Source of the DNA: Emiliania huxleyi CCMP1516
Lineage: Eukaryota
DNA: 64,000 nucleotides
NCBI RefSeq assembly: GCF_000372725.1
Contig: NW_005201360.1
Location: forward strand, 208,881 to 272,880
Direction: 5' to 3'
Positions 26,573 to 37,002 of this stretch are shown one piece after another. A program made the position numbers and the translations under genes. The notes below the pieces were generated by a model. That model searched no databases and was not told where the DNA came from. It worked only from the letters and a program-made list of their open reading frames with translations. Within the stretch, counting starts at the first letter, position 1. Every line of letters begins with the position of its first letter.

Positions 26573-29500
26573 ATGCTGCTCGCTCTGATTGCCGGCCCGG
26601 TGAGCGCCGTTCCACCGCTGCCTCCTTCCCCAGTCCCGCAAGCCCGGCCCACCTACAGGGACCGGAACGGCGTTGCTTGGTCCGGACTCGGGCAAGAGCA
26701 CCTCACTCTCGAGGCGCCTCCGTCTCCTGGGGTGTCGACGGGCCCCCGGGGGCGACGGGGGTGCTCTCGCGGGGGGTCCCCCCAGTCAAGGGGGTCTGGG
26801 GCGGCGCCCCAGGTAGCCCGCCGCAGGCGCCGATTTTTTCGGGCTTTTTTGACTGATTTTCATGAGGTGTTGCTACTATTTTGGGACCAGTTGAAGCCTA
26901 AAAATGGCTACAAATACAGCCACAACAGCGGCTAGTCGTGAGCTGCTACTGTGTGGCAGAGCCCATAGAGAGGGCTTTCAGGAGCACTATTCAGTTTGAT
27001 CCAGCTCAACGTTGCGGAGTAGTAAGACTGTTCCGTTACCGTGAGCGGCCGGCGGCCGGCGGCGGCCGGTGCGGCACGCGGAGCACTCCGTGAGCTGTGA
27101 CGGGTGCGGACGAGCGAATGAGAGGTCCCTTTCAGTGAGAGATAGGCAGCCCTAGTCTCTAATAACACATCTCCCACAGATAGCGACCTCTCATTCGCTC
27201 GTCCGCGCCCGCCACTGCTAGTCGGGGCACTCCCGGCGTGCGGCCCGGTCCCGGTCGTCACTCCGGTTGCTCGTGTTCACACCGTCAGAACTCAGCTCTG
27301 CTAAGGATCCAGCGTCTGAGACTTGGGCATCTTACACAACTTTTGTAGTAGAGCACAATGGCACCCTTGGATCAAGTGGATCACTTCATTAATACCGTAT
27401 ATACCGACCCCCGTTTTCGGCCGCCGCGGCCGGAGAGCACCCCCGTCGCCCCCGGGGGCCCGTCGACACCCCAGGCTCCGTCTCCGCCACCGGCGCCGCG
27501 CCAGCAAGTCAAGGAGGTTCTCTCCATGTGCATCGTCCTGGCCAGGGAGAGGTACAGCAAACATGGCGAGATCGATGCTGCAGCCATCCGAAGCACGATC
27601 GCTGGTGACCTTTTGGCAACATTCCCCCCCTTTGTACGCGTGACCTCAAGCACGGGCTGCGACCTGCACAACGAGAAGCGCCAGACCAGCAAAGACGACC
27701 TTGTGACGGCGCCTCTGGGAACTGAGCTGGTTGGCGACAACATCTCTGCTAGCCTGGTCGCCACGAATGTCACGACAGCGGTCGTCTCTGTCACGCTCCT
27801 AGACTTTACCAGCTCTCCATCGCTGCTCCACAAAATGTGCGATACCATGATAAAAAGAGCCCTGCCCGGTGAGGTGGAGGGCGACCAATGGTGGAACCTG
27901 TTCTACCTGCTGTGCTACCCTTCAGCTAAAGCGGTGGACTACCTGCTGATTGGGGCAGCGAAGCACCTTGTATCACCCGACTTGGATATGACTGTCGCCG
28001 CGGTCCGGGTGTTGGATGCGGATTGGAGAGTCACATCGCCCCGTTGGCGAACATCCGATTTCGCATGGCTGGTTCTATGGCTGCTGCCGATCTGGGCGGC
28101 AGTGCTCTTGCCTGCGGTCGTTGTCTGTAGAGCAGCATTGGGCCACAGACGTGCAGCGGTGCTGCAGGAGCTGGAACGCGCCTTGGACGCGATCGAGGTG
28201 GACAAGAACCGAAACCGCTTCCACGGAGCGGAGGCGGGCAAGGCCGTTCGCCAGACGAGGTGGCTCGCGCGTACTGTGCTCCTCTTGGCCGTCCCTCTTC
28301 TGCCCTGGCTGCCCGCCTTGGCTGTCCTCCCGGTCGCCCTCCCTCTCTCTCAGCAGGACGTCGCCTGTGCGGCGTGGGTCAAGTCGAGAGCGTTGCGGCG
28401 CGTCTGGCTTCTCTTGGGCTGCGCGAGTGGTGTCATCTACTGCGCCTGGCTCCTTGCGAGCTGGAGTCTGACCTACAGCGGGGAAGAAAAAGACCTGAAC
28501 CCGGTGGGAGAAATTATCGTTTGGCATAAGGTCTTCGTCAGCGAGTGCCACCAGCTCATCGGTCAGAGAGACGAGTACGAATCGTTTCGTCTGGGCGGCA
28601 AGAACGTCTATTATCCATTTCACGGCAAGGTCTGTAGCGCGTACCTGCACGCAATTCGGCCGGAAAACGCGCCCATCTTCGCTTGGATGCTCTTCGGCCA
28701 GGGCTGCGCCAGCCTGCTTCTTGCCTGCGTCTCGGGGGCGCTGCTGCTCAAAAGCGCGGGGTGCAAGGCCGTCCCCGGCGGCCGCTACCTCGCAGCGTTC
28801 GCGCGCTGCGGCGCAACGAGCGTCGACGGGCTGCTGGCTGGCGCTTCAGAGCGAGTCTCCGACAGATTTGCAGGCTCGGCTAAGGAGCTCGTCACCGGCC
28901 AGCCCGAGGAGGCGGCAACGGGGCTCTACGGGATCATCGGCTACGAGGAGGCGTACCTGCGAGAGCGCATGGCTGCGGGCACCGCCGCCATCGTCGCGGA
29001 GGCCGAGGCGCTGGGCGACCCGGAGGTGCTCGAGAACCTGCGCTACATCCTCGACGCGCCGGCCGGCTCAGTAACGCGCAATTCCACAACGGCTGGCGGC
29101 GCGACCGAGCCCCGGACGGCTCCAGCCTCCGCAGCCGTAGGGGCATGCGGCTCGCCGACTTTGTCGCGCTGCCGGTGGCTCGCAGGGCGCGGCTTGAGGA
29201 AGCGCACGTCGTCGCTTTGCGTCTGTATTCGACCGCCGCGTTTCGCGCTCTCAACGGCCCGATGCGCAACCTGAAGCTCAGCCCCTGCCGCAAGGACGAG
29301 GCGGGCAACCCCCTCCCGCTCGAGCCCCCGCAGCTGGCGGCGCCCCACCCGCAGCCCGTGACGATGGCCTTCATCTACGAGGCGTTGAAGCGGATGCGCG
29401 CCGTCGCCGCAGCGACGACGGTCGACCCCGAGTGCAAGAAGATGGAGGAATTGGCGGTGGCTGGCGAGCTCAGCCTGGAGACGCTGCGGCAGGCGTCGCG

Positions 29501-30020
29501 GCAGGCGCGGCGAGACGAGGAGGGAGGTGACGAGGAGAGCCAACAGGAGGGCTCCGGTTTGGAGGAGGGGCGGGCAACTGGTGTCAGCAAGAGCTCGTAC
29601 CTTGGCTCAGTCGACCAGAGCGTGGGCGAGGGGCACGGGGAGCGCACAGGTGCTGGGAGAGGCAGCGCGCCGCTGTCTGCGCTGCAAGCGGTGGCCCGGG
29701 CATTCGGGGACATGATTTGTTCGCCTCGCTTTCTCGCGCTCGGCGGGACTGAGTTTGCCTGCTGCAGCACGACCTCTCGGCTGGAGGTCGCGGCTCGCTA
29801 CGCGTGCGCCGCGGGCGAGAAGGCCTTGCTCTTCCGCATCAAGAGCAGCACATTTATGAACATGGGCGTGGACATCAGCGACTTCTCCGCGTTTCCGCAC
29901 GAGCAGGAGTGCCTATATCCTCCCCTCACGTACCTGCACCCCACCGGCGTCACCCACCGGCTTGTGCGCGACGACGTCCAGTTCGACGTGGTGGAGGTCG
30001 AGCCGTCGTTCCCGAGCTGA
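26573..30020 (+). pseudogene. Signal peptide + multi-TM protein with C-terminal mono-ADP-ribosyltransferase (R-S-E class) domain; disrupted by a transposon (26726-27475) and a 1-nt frameshift (~29068)
   Basis: MLLALIAGPVSA joins ORF 27358 in frame after removing the insertion; ~4 hydrophobic segments; ART motifs ALRLYST, VARAF, CCSTTSRLEVAARY, SAFPHEQECLYPP. Confidence 0.75.
26726..27475. mobile_element. 750-bp non-autonomous DNA transposon with 43-bp perfect TIRs and 8-bp TSD (ctccgtct)
   Basis: TIR cctggggtgtcgacgggcccccgggggcgacgggggtgctctc at 26726-26768, reverse complement at 27433-27475; ctccgtct at 26718-26725 and 27476-27483. Confidence 0.9.
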
Positions 30021-30344
30021 GTGGGGAAAGATCTCCCCCTCTGCAGAGGTAAAAATGAAACGCCGACGTGCAGCAGACCACAGACTGAAGACTGAACCCA
30101 ACCATGTAGGTATTTGTGTCCACACGTTCTCTCTGAGCAACGGTTCTCGACCCGGCACAGGGAGATTGACGTCTTGGCAGCGGAAGCGTCGAGGAAGCCG
30201 TTTTTCTTGTCGAGAGAGTTTCACCACCACGGTCGACTGTACACATAGAGAACACACCACAGCGCACAGGCGCACAGCAGAGACAGGCCTCTCCGCGCTT
30301 CTTGTGAGTCGGATACTGCGTGCCCCCCCGAGCACCGACGCGAG

Positions 30345-32614
30345 TCACACCATCGCCGCCTCGGCGATCTCTGAGGCCAGGCGCGCCGAGAGGCTCTGGC
30401 CGCTCCTCCGCTTCGCCGCGGGCGAGACGTCGCCCAGCGCAAGATTGGCCCCTTCAAACAGCTCGTCGGTGGTGGGCGTTGCGTGCTTGACAAAGGCGGC
30501 GAGGTCGAGGTACGAACTCTCTGCGTGCTGCGAGCGGTCGAGCCCGTCCAGCTCCTCAGCCTAGTAACGAGAGGGCTTTGGGGGCAGCGAGTGCTGGCAA
30601 AGGGGGGGGGGGGGGGGGCTTTGGCTCTGTGCCTCAGTTGTGCGCGCGCTGCCGAGCGTGCGCTCGATGGCGGCCATCACGAGCCACGTGCCCGCGCCGG
30701 ACCACGCAATAGCCACCGCCACGCCGAGCGCCTGCAGCCTTAGCTGGTCGAGCGAGCCGTCCGGGCCAGCCGGATTGACCTGAGGCAAGGGATAAGTCGG
30801 GAGTGTGGGCTCGACTCGGCCGCATCCTACCAAGTGAAGGTGCCCGCGAGTGATCCGTGTGTGAGGAGAGGGGGTCGACCTCGCTCGAGGCGTACACTCC
30901 GAGGAGCAGCGAGCCCACCACGCCCGTCACGCCGTGGATCGAGGTGACGTCGAGCGCATCGTCAATGCGGAGATACTCCTGAGGGAGGAGAGAGGGGAGG
31001 CATGGAGAGGGAGCTGGTGGAGAGGGGAGCAGCTGTGCTGTGTGGAGAGGGAGGCAGCAATGGGCGCCTTGAAGAGCAGCACACCGCCATACGAGGCGGC
31101 GCCGCAGACCAGCCCGACCACGAGCCCCGCCGAGGGCGTCACGTAGCCCGAGGCGGGCGTCACGCCGGCGAGCCCTGAGAGGGCGCCGTTGATGCAGCCG
31201 ACAAAGGTCGGGCGGCCTGCGTGGCCCCAATCGAGGGCGAGCCACACCAGCGCGCCGCCCGCGCCGGCGACGTGCGTGGACAGCAGTGCGCTCGCCGCGA
31301 GGCTGCCCACCGCGAGCGCGCTGCCCCCGTTGAAGGCGAACCAGCCAACCCACAGCAGCCCGGCGCCCGTGGCGGCCATCGGCAAATTGTGAGGAGCGAG
31401 CGAGTGGGAGGCAAGGCCGGCAAAGCCCACGCGCGGACCGAGCCGAAGCGCCGTCACGAGCGAGGCGACTCCGGCGGAGGTGTGTATGACGATGCCGCCC
31501 GCAAAGTCGCACACGCCGAGCCGGGCCAGCCAGCCGCCGCCCCACACCCAGTGGCAGAGCGGGTAGTAGACGAGGAGCGTCCTGCCGGGATGGTGGCGGC
31601 CGTGTGCTGGAGACCAAGGGTGACGGAGAGAGGAGCGCGGATGTGTGCGCGCCAGCCGACGATGAAGCCGAGGAAAGCCTCAAAGCGAAGCCGCTCCGCA
31701 AAGGCGCCCGTGCACAGCAGCGGGGTGATGGCGGCAAACATGCCCTGAAACGCGGCGAAGAGCACTCCAGGGATGGTGGGCGCGTTGGGCAATGAGGCCG
31801 TCCAGCCAACGCCAGCCAGGAACGGGTGGTTGAGCGCGCCTGTAGGAGCCGGGCAGTCAGGGGAGAAAGCGCCATGGGATAGCAAGGGAGGTTAAGAGCG
31901 GTGCGCCAAACAAGCCGCGGTCGACTTGCGAGAAGCAGAGAGAGAATCCGATCACGAACCAGAGCACGGTGAGGACGGCAACGCCAGCAAAGCACTGGAT
32001 CAGCACGGAGACCGAATTCTTGGCGCGGAGCAGGCCCGCCTGAGGTGCAGCGGTGTGCGACAGTGAAGGAAGCGGCGGTGAGGGCGGCGGCGGAGTAGGA
32101 GGCGGAGAATGCAGTGAGGCCGAGCGAGCAAAAGTGAGGCCTACCTCGAAGAGGCCGAGCGCGGGCACCATCAGCAAGACGCCCATCGTGCTCACCTAGG
32201 AACGCCCACTGGTTCAGGGACGCTCAGGGATCTGTTGCGTACCGGTGAAGAGCACACCAACATCCATGTGGTGTCGCCGCTGTCCAGCACACCCGCACTT
32301 GGTGCGACGGGGACCGTCGAGCAGAGGCGTTCCAACACGGCGGCGACCCCGATCGCAGCGGCCACCAGGATGTGCGGAAGCTGTGCAACAAATGCCACCC
32401 ACTGGCTCTTGCTCTCACTTGCGTAAACAGGCCGCTGGCTCTTGCTCGCGCGCTGCGGCGGCGCCAAGATGTGAGCGCCAGGAAGGGCGAATAGAGTCCG
32501 CTGCTGAGCCCGCTGTTCCACTCGCTGCGCAGCCGCGGTTGATGCGCGGTTGCTCTCAGCGGCGTCGCGCTCCGCGGCGGCGATGGCGCGCTCGATCGAA
32601 TTCTCAGTCTCCAT
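30345..32614 (-). CDS. AMT: Ammonium transporter (Amt/Mep/Rh family), multi-exon
   Basis: DSGDTTWML; FQGMFAAITP; DFAGGIVIHTSAG; LLWVGWFAFNGGS; GLAGVTPASG; DDALDVTSIHGVTG (both conserved His present). Confidence 0.95.
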
Positions 32615-32777
32615 TGTACCCTGGGGTGTGGAAGGGGGATTCAGCAGCGAGTTCTCGAGAGTTCGCGGCGGGCACTTCCGGGGGGTTTCTTCCGAAACGA
32701 ATAGCAGAGACCCGGCAAAAAAATATTCCCGCGTTGGCGGTCGAGGGCGAGTGGCCGGGGTGCGACAGGCATGTAAC

Positions 32778-33657
32778 ATGCGGCGTCGCGACACGGCGGC
32801 CCGCGTCGTCTCGGGCCTCTCGCAAGATCAGCTGCTCGACATCGTAACAGGCGTGTCGCCGCGGGCTGCTGCCGGCGGCTCCCCGTCGTGCCTGGAGTCT
32901 GGCTTTAGGTTGTGGACGGCCGATGAGGATGCGCTGCTTGTCGAGCAAAACGCACCAGTGGAGCGTCGTCACCGAGAAGTTGGGCACCGGTCGCTCGCAG
33001 AGCTGCTGCAAGCAACGCTTTTACCACCTATCCGGCACCGGCCGCGCCGCCCCGCCCCAGACGGGGCTCGAGTGGAGCTCGACGCTCCGCGGCCGCGCAG
33101 AGGAGCTCGTCCGGCAGCTCGCCTCGACGCAGACCTCTGCGACCCGTCGGGATCCCGCCGCCAGCGCCCCCGGCGGCGACGACCGCGCCGGCGTCCGCAC
33201 CGACGCCGACGTCTGCGCCCGGGCGGTGGCCCTTTGCGACGCCTTTGGGCGCAGCATGGATGCCCACACGCTCAGGTGCCGCGACATGAGGTGCTGCACG
33301 CGCATCGCGCTCGGACGAGAGTTCAACTTGGACTTGACGACCCTCGCGATCAGCACCGTGATCGTCGCGGACGCGAGCGGCGTGGATGTCAAGAAGGTGG
33401 CGTCGGCGGCGAAGCAGCTGGTGCACGCATTCAGGCCGATGAAGCACCTCCGGCCCGTCCTCAAGCTCACAAAGGGGCTCCTCATCGGAGAGCTGCCCTG
33501 CGGCGAGGTGCAGTTCGCAGATCTCCTCCCGCCGCCGCCCCCCGCCGTCCCGCCGCCGGAGCGGGGGGGCGAGAAGGGCGTGGACACCCCGCCACGTGTT
33601 AGCAAGCAAAAGAGGGAGCACCCACGGAGCACCCACGACCGAGTAAGTAAGAAGTAG
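32778..33657 (+). pseudogene. Myb/SANT-domain protein with a frameshift inside the Myb repeat (~32937)
   Basis: WTADEDALL in one frame continues as LSSKTHQWSVVTEKLGTGRSQSCCKQRFYHL in the next frame (ORF 32923..33657). Confidence 0.6.
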
Positions 33658-33809
33658 GAAGGCAAAGAAGAGCTGAATGTTTTTCTTCCGGGATACAAAA
33701 CCGCGCTGCGGGCAGACCCTCACGATCACAGACACACCCCCGCCCTCGCCCCCACCTGAAGAGGTCGTTACACGTTAGCCACCTCCTTTGGACACACCCA
33801 GTGGGCACC

Positions 33810-33909
33810 NNNNNNNNNNNNNNNNNNNNNNNNNNNNNNNNNNNNNNNNNNNNNNNNNNNNNNNNNNNNNNNNNNNNNNNNNNNNNNNNNNNNNNNNNNN
33901 NNNNNNNNN
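33810..33909. other. Assembly gap (100 N)
   Basis: Directly visible. Confidence 1.
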
Positions 33910-34124
33910 GCGCGATCCGCGTCGGGGACACTAACAGGTGGGGAGTTTGGCTGGGGCGGCACGTCTGTTAAAAAATAACGCAGGCGCCCGATTTTGAGCT
34001 CAATGAGAACAGAAATCTCATGTGGACCGAAAGGGGAAAAGCTCGGTTGATTTTGATTTTCAGTACGAATACAAACCGCGAAAGCGTGGCCTATCGATCC
34101 TCTCGTCTTTGGGAATTTCAAGCT

Positions 34125-34167
<43 letters not shown>

Positions 34168-34190
34168 TGCCAAGCGTTCATAGCGACGTA

Positions 34191-34225
<35 letters not shown>

Positions 34226-34270
34226 CTGCCTCGCAGCGGGGGCCAAATGCAGGATTGTTCACCCACCAAC

Positions 34271-34325
<55 letters not shown>

Positions 34326-34668
34326 CTGTCTGTTTTTCTACGGTAATTTGGTTCAGTACGAGAGGAACCACCAATTCGCATCATCGGTATAGCCGCCGCC
34401 GGAAACGGCGATGCGGCGAAGCTGCCATGCGCCGGATTATAACTGAACGCCTCTAAGTTAGAATCCATGCCGGAAGGAAAGCCACCTACCGGCCCGGGGA
34501 CGCCACGAGCAACGGTAGCACTGCCTGAGCCGCGAGCGACCACAATTCACGGACCCGGGCCGACGAATCCCTTGCAGACGACTTGAATAAGGAACGGGGT
34601 ATTGTACGCGGCAGAGTGGCCTTGTTGCCACGATCCGCTGAGATTCAGCCTTGGTTCTGACGATTTGT
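33910..34668 (+). rRNA. 28S rRNA: 3' ~760 nt of a eukaryotic cytosolic LSU (28S) rRNA gene, divergent
   Basis: ggggagtttggctggggcggcac; aagttaccacagggataactggcttgtgg; gatgtcggctcttcctatca; gagctgggtttagaccgtcgtgagacagg; sarcin-ricin loop agtacgagagga at 34355-34366; 3' end-like gatttgt. Confidence 0.95.
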
Positions 34669-35408
34669 TGCGCGCGCGCAACAACCCTCTCAGGGCCTCT
34701 CCCGTTCCTCAGTCGCTCTCTCGGCGCTCTCCCCCTCTCGCCTCTCCTCGGAGCCTCACTCGCTCGGGGGCGGAGCCGAGGGGGCGAGAGCGCGATTTCT
34801 GCCCAAGGCAGCGCGCAGGCCACTGCGCAGACACACCCGGCTCTCCCCGAGCCGCCTCTGGGCGCTCCCGCGGTCCCCTCCGGGCTGAATGCGGCCTCCG
34901 GAGCGGGCGGCGCGAGCGTCTAAGTCTACTCAGAGCCTTCCACGCTCTTCTTTGCGTTCCAAAGCTAAACTCCTCTGTGGCATCGCCCGGCCAACTCGCT
35001 TGCCACTGTCATTGCCCCCGCCGCCCTCTCACTGTGGCTGCCCTGTACCGTTACCTCCACGGCCCTCGCCACCACCCTCACGGCCCCCCCTCGCCACCGC
35101 CCCCACGCCGCCGCTACCATTCCGGCCACCCTCGCCGCCCCCACCCTCATCCCCACCTTGCCCCCGCCGCCCGCTGCAGCTGCAATCCCCACCGAAGGCG
35201 GACGCCGGTGCCGCCCTCGACGCCCCTTCGCCGCCCGGCGCCGCCCTCGCCTGCCTCCCCGCCGCGCCCCCTCCCCGCCGCAACCCTCGCCCTCGCCGCT
35301 GCTGTCGCCGCCGCCCTTGCCGCCCCCGCTCTTGCTGTCGCCGTCGAGCCCGCCCTCCGACGCTAGCCCCCGCCCTCACCGCCGCCTCTACAACAAACTC
35401 TACATCAT

Positions 35409-35728
35409 AAGCGGCGAACGAGGCACGGTCGCTCTCCGACATGAGGCGCGTTGCACTTGCCAGTGCGGCCCTGGCCTTCTGTCTGCCCGCCCAATGGGTG
35501 GCAGATGCCTCTGCTGCTGTGGCATGCCTCACCGCTGCGACTGGCCGGCGCCTCGGCGCGTCAGCTCGGCTCGGCGTAGTGATAGTGGCCAGCGCAACTC
35601 GCCTGGACTCAACGCTCAGCCAGGAGCTCCCGCACGCGCTGGCGCGAGTCATGGCGCATGCAACGCGTCTGAATGCTCGCCTCGCCTCGCGCAAATGCGA
35701 CCGTCCTCGCAGCCGACAGTCCACCGCC
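35409..35728 (+). repeat. Dispersed ~320-bp repeat, copy 1 (copy 2 at 52736-53069)
   Basis: Near-identical from aagcggcgaacgaggcacgg to gccgacagtccaccgcc; the 3' half is essentially identical. Confidence 0.9.
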
Positions 35729-35791
35729 TGCTGAAGAAGCACAGCGACGAATGCGGCACCGGCGACACATGGCAGGCTGGTCATGACGCAG

Positions 35792-36028
35792 TTATAGGGT
35801 GTTGCTGCCCCTCGCCGCGTCGGTCATCGCGCCGGTCAACTCGCCGACGCTCGTCAGACCAATGCTCGTTGCGCCGTCGCTGCTCACGCAAGCGAGGCGT
35901 GGAAGAGCAGCGAGACGGCTCTGTGTGGGGAGGTCGAGGAGGCTGGCGGGCGGCGGCGTGTCTGGAGAGGGGGCGGCGGTGGAGGCGGCGGCGAGGCCGC
36001 GCGAGCGGCGGCGCGGCGGGGTGGACAT
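35792..36028 (-). pseudogene. Degraded F-box / BspA-type LRR gene 5' remnant
   Basis: MSTPPRRRSRGLAAASTAAPSPDTPPPASLLDLP (F-box-like start) then ATSIGLTSVG (LRR_5-like); short and truncated. Confidence 0.4.
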
Positions 36029-36731
36029 CGCGAGGAAAAGAAAAAACACCTTGCACAGAGATTCTTCTTTTAGAAGGAGGTGGAAGCAATGGCGTTGTGG
36101 CATGTGCAGTGGGCGACGTTCGGTGTGTCTGTCGGTGCCTGACTAACATCTCTGAATCGACGGATGGTCGGGATCGGACTGCGGGCTAGAGTGTGAGTGA
36201 GTGAGTATTCTTGATACGAAACCACGACGACACACACCAAACAAAAATCTCTCTCTCACACACACCAGTCGACTCGCATCGGTTGCCTCCATGAACGGCG
36301 GAGCTATTCTCGCGCGCTGGCGACACTACTAGGTCACGCATGGCAGCAGAAGTTTATCTCTGGGCCCCGAAAGGCATCTCCAGCAGCGTCGTTACGCATG
36401 CGCCCTCCCCTCCTGGGCGCATGCGCCTCACATCTCGCCAGAGCATAAGCTCTTGGTGTGCGACGAGACGAGTTTTTCGCCATCGCCGCGAGCAGCAAGC
36501 CGCCCGCCGCAACAGCCGGAGGCATCGCCGCAGCACCAGCCGCGCCGCGGTCCCGCACCCGTCGACGAAGCTCCCCCCGCGGAAGACCGCGCGTAGCGAC
36601 GCCTTGACGATCGAGATGAGCGCGCTCGAGGCTCGCCCACCTACTGCCCCTGAGAGTTGGTTACGAGTGGGATCGGCTCCCCCCCTTGGGATCAAAGCTT
36701 CCAGACCTCACACCCAACATCACAGGCGGGA

Positions 36732-36949
<218 letters not shown>

Positions 36950-37002
36950 CTGGGCCCTGGCCACCACCATTCCATCGACAGTCTAGTGAGCCGCATATCT
37001 GA

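Noticed and set aside
27358..27475. ATG at 27358 as the native start of the ART gene
   Set aside because: It lies inside the TIR element; the in-frame signal-peptide start is at 26573.
33768..34823. ORFs overlapping the rRNA segment
   Set aside because: Antisense or shadow frames of 28S rRNA.
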